NCBI GenBank assembly: GCA_963715195.1
Contig: CAVQRT010000002.1
Location: 128,001 to 192,000 of the forward strand
DNA: 64,000 nucleotides
Direction of reading: 5' to 3'
Source of the DNA: Thermodesulfovibrionales bacterium
GTDB taxonomy: Bacteria; Nitrospirota; Thermodesulfovibrionia; Thermodesulfovibrionales; SM23-35
Below are positions 59,450-64,000 of this stretch, piece by piece. A program made the position numbers and the translations under genes. Under the pieces are notes generated by a model, which ran no database searches, had not been told where the DNA came from, and was given only the letters and a program-made list of their open reading frames with translations. The stretch's first letter is position 1. Each line of letters opens with the position of its first letter.

Positions 59450-60469
59450 ATGGTAAAAAACCATATGCATGAACATGGAATAGAGTATTCAGAAGTCCGG
59501 CAGTTCAGCCCCGACGATCTCAGAGACCAAATTGCCCGGTGGATAGAACCGGACCGTGTTCCGAAGCGATTCAATATCATCACTGACACTTCTGATTTCT
59601 ACCGGGTCGATTACGATGATGTTGTCATCCTCGGGGACAGACCTTACCTGATCCGAAACAATGAACGGGAAGGTCGCTTCGGAATTGATGATCAGCAGAA
59701 ATACTGGGTGAAGCGTGCACTGGATCTCTCTGACGGCACCGTGAAAATCATAAAACTCGTTTTCCATGAGCGGTTCCAGGCAACGGTCGGCGGGATCGTC
59801 TTTGATTGTTACCGAAGCCCCCAAAAAGAGGCCCGGATTCTCGCTCTCACCAGAGGTCATCCCCGCTTCATGCAGGGGTTTTCGGTCAGGGACTCATCGA
59901 ATAACATTATACGGGTCCTCGACTTCATCAAAGGAAAAACATTAGCTGACACAGTGCCCCTGCTTGGGAATGACCACGAGGATTATTTCCATAACCACCT
60001 GCCGTATCTATTTGATGAATTCGTTGACCTGGTTCAGGCAATACATTTCCTCCACAGTCATCGGGAAAAGCACGGTGATATCAGACGTGATCACATCATA
60101 AGGGATACAGCAACAGGCCTCGCACGCTGGATTGATTTTGACTTCAACTATCTCCATAAAGAAAACATGTTTGGATACGACCTTTTCGGGCTCGGGAACA
60201 TACTTGTTTATCTCGCCGGACGGGGAGATGTGACAGTACAAAAGCTCCAGCAGGAGTCATCTCCCGCCCTAGCCCGGTTAACCCCAAATGATTTCAATAT
60301 TATTTTCAACAACAGAGTGGTAAATTTGCAGAAGGTCTATTCTTATGTGCCGGAAGCGCTTACGTTCATTCTCCTCCATTTTTCCGTCGGCGCAAGTATT
60401 CATTACGATACAACAGAACAATTTCTGCATGATTTGCTGGAAGCAAGGGAGCACCTTAGGCATAAATAA
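59450..60469 (+). CDS. Atypical protein-kinase-like protein
   Basis: KIIK, HGDIRRDH (catalytic-loop-like), WIDFD (DFG-like), DLFGLGNIL (subdomain IX-like). Confidence 0.75.
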   Translation: MVKNHMHEHGIEYSEVRQFSPDDLRDQIARWIEPDRVPKRFNIITDTSDFYRVDYDDVVILGDRPYLIRNNEREGRFGIDDQQKYWVKRALDLSDGTVKIIKLVFHERFQATVGGIVFDCYRSPQKEARILALTRGHPRFMQGFSVRDSSNNIIRVLDFIKGKTLADTVPLLGNDHEDYFHNHLPYLFDEFVDLVQAIHFLHSHREKHGDIRRDHIIRDTATGLARWIDFDFNYLHKENMFGYDLFGLGNILVYLAGRGDVTVQKLQQESSPALARLTPNDFNIIFNNRVVNLQKVYSYVPEALTFILLHFSVGASIHYDTTEQFLHDLLEAREHLRHK

Positions 60470-60493
60470 GCGAACTATTGGAAGGGAGATGTT

Positions 60494-60952
60494 ATGAGTG
60501 GAAACATCCGGAATATCCTTATTGCAGTCGACGAATCAGAAAACGCAAAACGCGCCGTGATATATGTGAAAGATCTGCTCGCCGGATTACCGGGCTTTCA
60601 TATTACCATCACGACCATAATCCCCCGGCCTCCGGAAGATTATTTCATTACAGAACAAGAAAAAAACGACTGGATCGAACATCAGAACAAAACAGCCCGG
60701 GGTATCCTAGAAGATTATCGCCAGATATTCATTCAAGCTGATTTCCGGGAAGAAGACGTGGTATCGCATCTGGTTATGAGAGAGTGTACATCACTTGCTG
60801 AATGCATTCTCGATGAACAAAAAAGCCTTTCCTGCGGAACAGTTGTCATCGGACGGCGGGGCATATCAAGGAAAGAGGAATTCATATTCGGAAGCACCTC
60901 CAGCAAGATCCTGCATACAGCCAAGGACTGCTCCGTTTGGGTAATAGAATAG
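60494..60952 (+). CDS. Universal stress protein
   Basis: ILIAVDES, VVIGRRG...FGSTSSKILH, VWVI. Confidence 0.93.
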   Translation: MSGNIRNILIAVDESENAKRAVIYVKDLLAGLPGFHITITTIIPRPPEDYFITEQEKNDWIEHQNKTARGILEDYRQIFIQADFREEDVVSHLVMRECTSLAECILDEQKSLSCGTVVIGRRGISRKEEFIFGSTSSKILHTAKDCSVWVIE

Positions 60953-61067
60953 AAACAGCAGATTCCGGGGATTCGTGGAAGCAGGAGCCGGGGACGTATT
61001 TTTCAGATACGGTATATTTATGATATCCTTAGTATGGTGGTGTTCGACGCTTGGTGCCTTTTCACGC

Positions 61068-61097
61068 TTGAAAAATGAAATAACTCTCTGTTAAGCT
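61068..61097 (+). promoter_or_regulatory. Putative sigma70 promoter (TTGAAA-18-TAAGCT with extended TG), 6 nt before the RDD ATG
   Basis: Read directly; no SD before ATG 61104. Confidence 0.55.
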
Positions 61098-61103
61098 TTT
61101 TGA

Positions 61104-61529
61104 ATGTCTGAGGAGCCTACGAAGGCAGGATTGCTTGTCAGGACTGTCGCAAAGATCCTCGATTTCATTATCATAGCAGCTGCAGCAGAAATAGTACCAA
61201 AAGCCGGATTCTATGCAGGATTAACCTATCTCCTGATAGGAGACAGCCTGTTTGACGGAAAAAGCTTGGGGAAAAAACTCGTGGGAATCAGTGTTATCTC
61301 GACGGTATCCCAGAAACCCTGTACCATCAGAGATTCCATAATAAGAAACAGCATATTCGGAGTTGGGTATTTTTTTTCAAGAATAATCTGGTTTGGATGG
61401 ATTTTTGTCGTGCTGGTTGCAGTGTTTGAATTCATTATGATGCTTGGGAATAAAGACCATATGCGGCTTGGTGACGAAATGGCAAAAACGCTGGTTCTCG
61501 ACAGCGCCCGGGTAAAACAGGAGGAATAA
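61104..61529 (+). CDS. RDD family membrane protein
   Basis: [33 protein letters not shown]. Confidence 0.88.
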   Translation: MSEEPTKAGLLVRTVAKILDFIIIAAAAEIVPKAGFYAGLTYLLIGDSLFDGKSLGKKLVGISVISTVSQKPCTIRDSIIRNSIFGVGYFFSRIIWFGWIFVVLVAVFEFIMMLGNKDHMRLGDEMAKTLVLDSARVKQEE

Positions 61530-62563
61530 TGTTTTTCCATAAAGTACTCGGATTGTTTTCGAACGATCTTGCAATAGATCTCGGGACGGCCAATACCCTC
61601 GTATTCGTAAAAGGCAAGGGGATTGTCTGCAATGAACCCTCTGTTGTCGTACTGCGAAAGGACAACAAGAAACCGGTAGCTGTCGGCGCCGAAGCGAAAA
61701 GGATGCTCGGGAAGACCCCTGCGAACATAATCGCCATCCGGCCCATGAAAGACGGGGTAATCGCCGATTTTGATGCCACCGGGGAAATGCTGAAATATTT
61801 CATAACAAAGGTCCATAACAGGAGAAGCTTTGTTTCCCCGAGAGTAATCATCGGGGTGCCTTCCGGGATCACACAGGTTGAACAGCGGGCTGTCAAAGAT
61901 GCTGCCCAGGTTTCCGGAGCTCGCGAGGTATACCTGATAGGAGAGCCGATGGCTGCAGCAATAGGTGTTGGGCTCCCTGTCGGTGAACCTTCGGGTAATA
62001 TGATCGTCGATATCGGTGGCGGTACTACGGATGTCGCTGTAATCTCACTGGACGGCGTTGTTTACAGCAAGGCTGTCCGCGTTGGCGGCGACAAGATGGA
62101 TGACGCAATCATGGCGTTCATTAAGCGGAGATACAACCTTATGATCGGGGACATGACCTCAGAGCTGATAAAAATAAATTTAGGATCCGTCTATAAAGCA
62201 GAGGGCAGTGAGCAGCTGTCCATGGAGATCAAGGGAAGGGACCTCATTTCAGGCATACCGAAGACCCTGACCATTAATGAAGCGGAAATCAGGGAGGCCC
62301 TCACCGAACCGGTCAATGTCATTCTCGATACTATTAAGGTAGTTCTTGAAAATACACCTCCTGAACTGGCCTCCGATATCGTTGATAGAGGCATCATACT
62401 TGCTGGTGGAGGAGCTCTCCTGAAAGGGCTCGATCAGCTCATCCGGCAGGAAACCGGCCTCCCTGTCTTCATTGCAGACGATCCTCTCACTGCCATCGTA
62501 CGCGGTGTCGGCAAGATGCTCGATGAAATCGATCTCCTCAGAAGAGTAGCCATTAATCTGTAA
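61529..62563 (+). CDS. mreB: Rod shape-determining protein MreB
   Basis: [35 protein letters not shown]. Confidence 0.98.
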   Translation: MFFHKVLGLFSNDLAIDLGTANTLVFVKGKGIVCNEPSVVVLRKDNKKPVAVGAEAKRMLGKTPANIIAIRPMKDGVIADFDATGEMLKYFITKVHNRRSFVSPRVIIGVPSGITQVEQRAVKDAAQVSGAREVYLIGEPMAAAIGVGLPVGEPSGNMIVDIGGGTTDVAVISLDGVVYSKAVRVGGDKMDDAIMAFIKRRYNLMIGDMTSELIKINLGSVYKAEGSEQLSMEIKGRDLISGIPKTLTINEAEIREALTEPVNVILDTIKVVLENTPPELASDIVDRGIILAGGGALLKGLDQLIRQETGLPVFIADDPLTAIVRGVGKMLDEIDLLRRVAINL

Positions 62564-63345
62564 TGAACAGGAAAAGGCTTCTGCTTTTTCTGTTCATCCT
62601 CGGTTCGCTCGGCATCATGACATACCAAAGCAACCGGCCTCCCATCCTGCCACTCACATTTCTTACGAATGCCCTGAACGGATTTTATTCTGCAAAAGAA
62701 TCTGTTCAGGAATTCATCAGCGCCCCGTTTAGAAGGATGCTCCTCAGAGAGCAGGAAAACAGAAAGCTGAGATCCGAGCTGTCAAACTTGCTCAAAGAAC
62801 AACAGGCATGGCAGGAAGCATTCCGTGAAAACCAGAAACTCAGGTCACTGCTCACACTAAGGGAAAAGGAACAGCACTATGTCACGACCGCACGCGTCGT
62901 AGCCCGGGGAACGGATCAATGGTCAAATACGTTTGTTCTCGACAAAGGCCTCGCAGACGGCATCAAAAAGGATATGATCGCGATAACAGACAAAGGCCTC
63001 GTAGGAAAAATCGCCGATGCGTCTCATTCCTATGCATATCTGCTTCTCCTCACCGATATAAACTTCTCGGCAGCCGCGCGACTTCAGGAAAGCAGGACCG
63101 AAGGGGTTCTTTCAGGTACCGGATTCAGGACATGCCAGTTAAAATACATCCCGTATGATGAAGACTTGAAAGAGAGAGCCATCATAGTCACATCCGGGCT
63201 CGATTCCCTGTTTCCGGCAGGGATACCATTAGGATACATATCAAAAGTGAGCAAAAGAGAAAGCGGTATCTTCCAGTACATAGAAGTTATCCCCTTCGTT
63301 GACAACACCAAAACAGAAGTAGTAGCGATCATCAGGAGAACGTGA
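62563..63345 (+). CDS. mreC: Rod shape-determining protein MreC
   Basis: TM, coiled coil (ENQKLR), GLVGKI, TSGLDSLFPAGIPLG. Confidence 0.95.
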   Translation: MNRKRLLLFLFILGSLGIMTYQSNRPPILPLTFLTNALNGFYSAKESVQEFISAPFRRMLLREQENRKLRSELSNLLKEQQAWQEAFRENQKLRSLLTLREKEQHYVTTARVVARGTDQWSNTFVLDKGLADGIKKDMIAITDKGLVGKIADASHSYAYLLLLTDINFSAAARLQESRTEGVLSGTGFRTCQLKYIPYDEDLKERAIIVTSGLDSLFPAGIPLGYISKVSKRESGIFQYIEVIPFVDNTKTEVVAIIRRT

Positions 63346-63791
63346 AATACCTTCTCTGGGCAGGAGTAACTTTTTTGATATTCGGTATTCAGGGAAGCAT
63401 ATCGTTCTTTGATATTACCCCGAACTTCACCGTAATTTTGGCCTGCTACGCAGGCATCCGCGGAGGAGAGGGCAAAGGGCTCTTCTTCGGCTCCCTGATC
63501 GGCATTGCCGAAGACAGTCTCTCCGGCGCCCTTCTCGGACCACATCTGTTAAGCAAGGGCCTGATCGGTTACCTCTCCGCCTTTTTATACAGTAAGCTTT
63601 TTGTCTGGACCCCTGTGCTGGGGATATTCACCGTTATAGTCCTCACTATCGTTGACGGGATCATCGTTTATACGGCACGGAGCGTTTTTGGCACGATGCC
63701 CGCAGGTATCGGCGCGGCGGCTTTCATCATCGCTATCCAATCCCTCTTCAATGCTCCGGTAGGAATATTTTTGAAAAAAAAGCAGGAGTAG
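63342..63791 (+). CDS. mreD: Rod shape-determining protein MreD
   Basis: Hydrophobic 149-aa ORF after mreC. Confidence 0.88.
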   Translation: MKYLLWAGVTFLIFGIQGSISFFDITPNFTVILACYAGIRGGEGKGLFFGSLIGIAEDSLSGALLGPHLLSKGLIGYLSAFLYSKLFVWTPVLGIFTVIVLTIVDGIIVYTARSVFGTMPAGIGAAAFIIAIQSLFNAPVGIFLKKKQE

Positions 63792-63856
63792 GAACAGATA
63801 ACGGCAAATGCTGCAAGAAAAATGTCCGCCTTTTTTCATAATGGAATGCATCGCTG

Positions 63857-64000
63857 ATGAACACACAGGGTGAATCCGAGAAAATCTCTGTAATCAGTTA
63901 CTTCGTGATCGCTGCGTTCCTTTTGCTGATCATGAGGCTCTGGCAGTTGCAGATCCTCCAGGGCGATGAATACAGAAAACTCTCAGAGGCCAACAGACTT
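63857..64000 (+). CDS. mrdA: Penicillin-binding protein 2, 5' end (truncated by the window)
   Basis: MNTQGESEKISVISYFVIAAFLLLIMRLWQLQILQGDEYRKLSEANRL after mreD. Confidence 0.85.
   Translation, partial: MNTQGESEKISVISYFVIAAFLLLIMRLWQLQILQGDEYRKLSEANRL

Overview
Core-genome window from a Gram-negative dissimilatory sulfur-metabolising bacterium. Gene content and order fit Nitrospirota (Thermodesulfovibrionia-like); this is an inference, not a database result. Gene order along the window: (i) type IVa pilus pilMNOPQ followed by two extra lipoproteins, one with tandem Ig-like domains; (ii) a tRNA-Ser / Pro-Met-rich lipoprotein / tRNA-Arg / truB unit; (iii) lptCAB-rpoN-hpf-rapZ; (iv) a + strand block of tRNA-binding protein, ADP-ribosylglycohydrolase, PlsC and a charged-repeat lipoprotein; (v) a complete dcw cluster (mraZ to ftsZ) with an inserted S11 D,D-peptidase and an SspB-like gene after ftsZ; (vi) hup, a DHH-CBS tRNA nucleotidyltransferase, a diguanylate cyclase, polX, an unannotated 6S RNA, an AICAR-transformylase-only PurH and a YkgJ cysteine-cluster protein; (vii) the sulfate activation/reduction block adk-sat-aprBA-qmoABC-hppA; (viii) rdgB, an atypical kinase-USP pair and RDD-mreBCD-mrdA. 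No CRISPR array, prophage or transposase was seen. Five genes carry small indels that look like sequencing errors, four of them in the first 8.1 kb. The most interesting signals are non-coding. An identical 13-nt orphan Shine-Dalgarno-like motif lies 63 and 65 nt upstream of aprB and hppA. truB starts 2 nt after a tRNA CCA end. Several promoters predict leaderless mRNAs. Heptamer repeat arrays encode parts of signal peptides.
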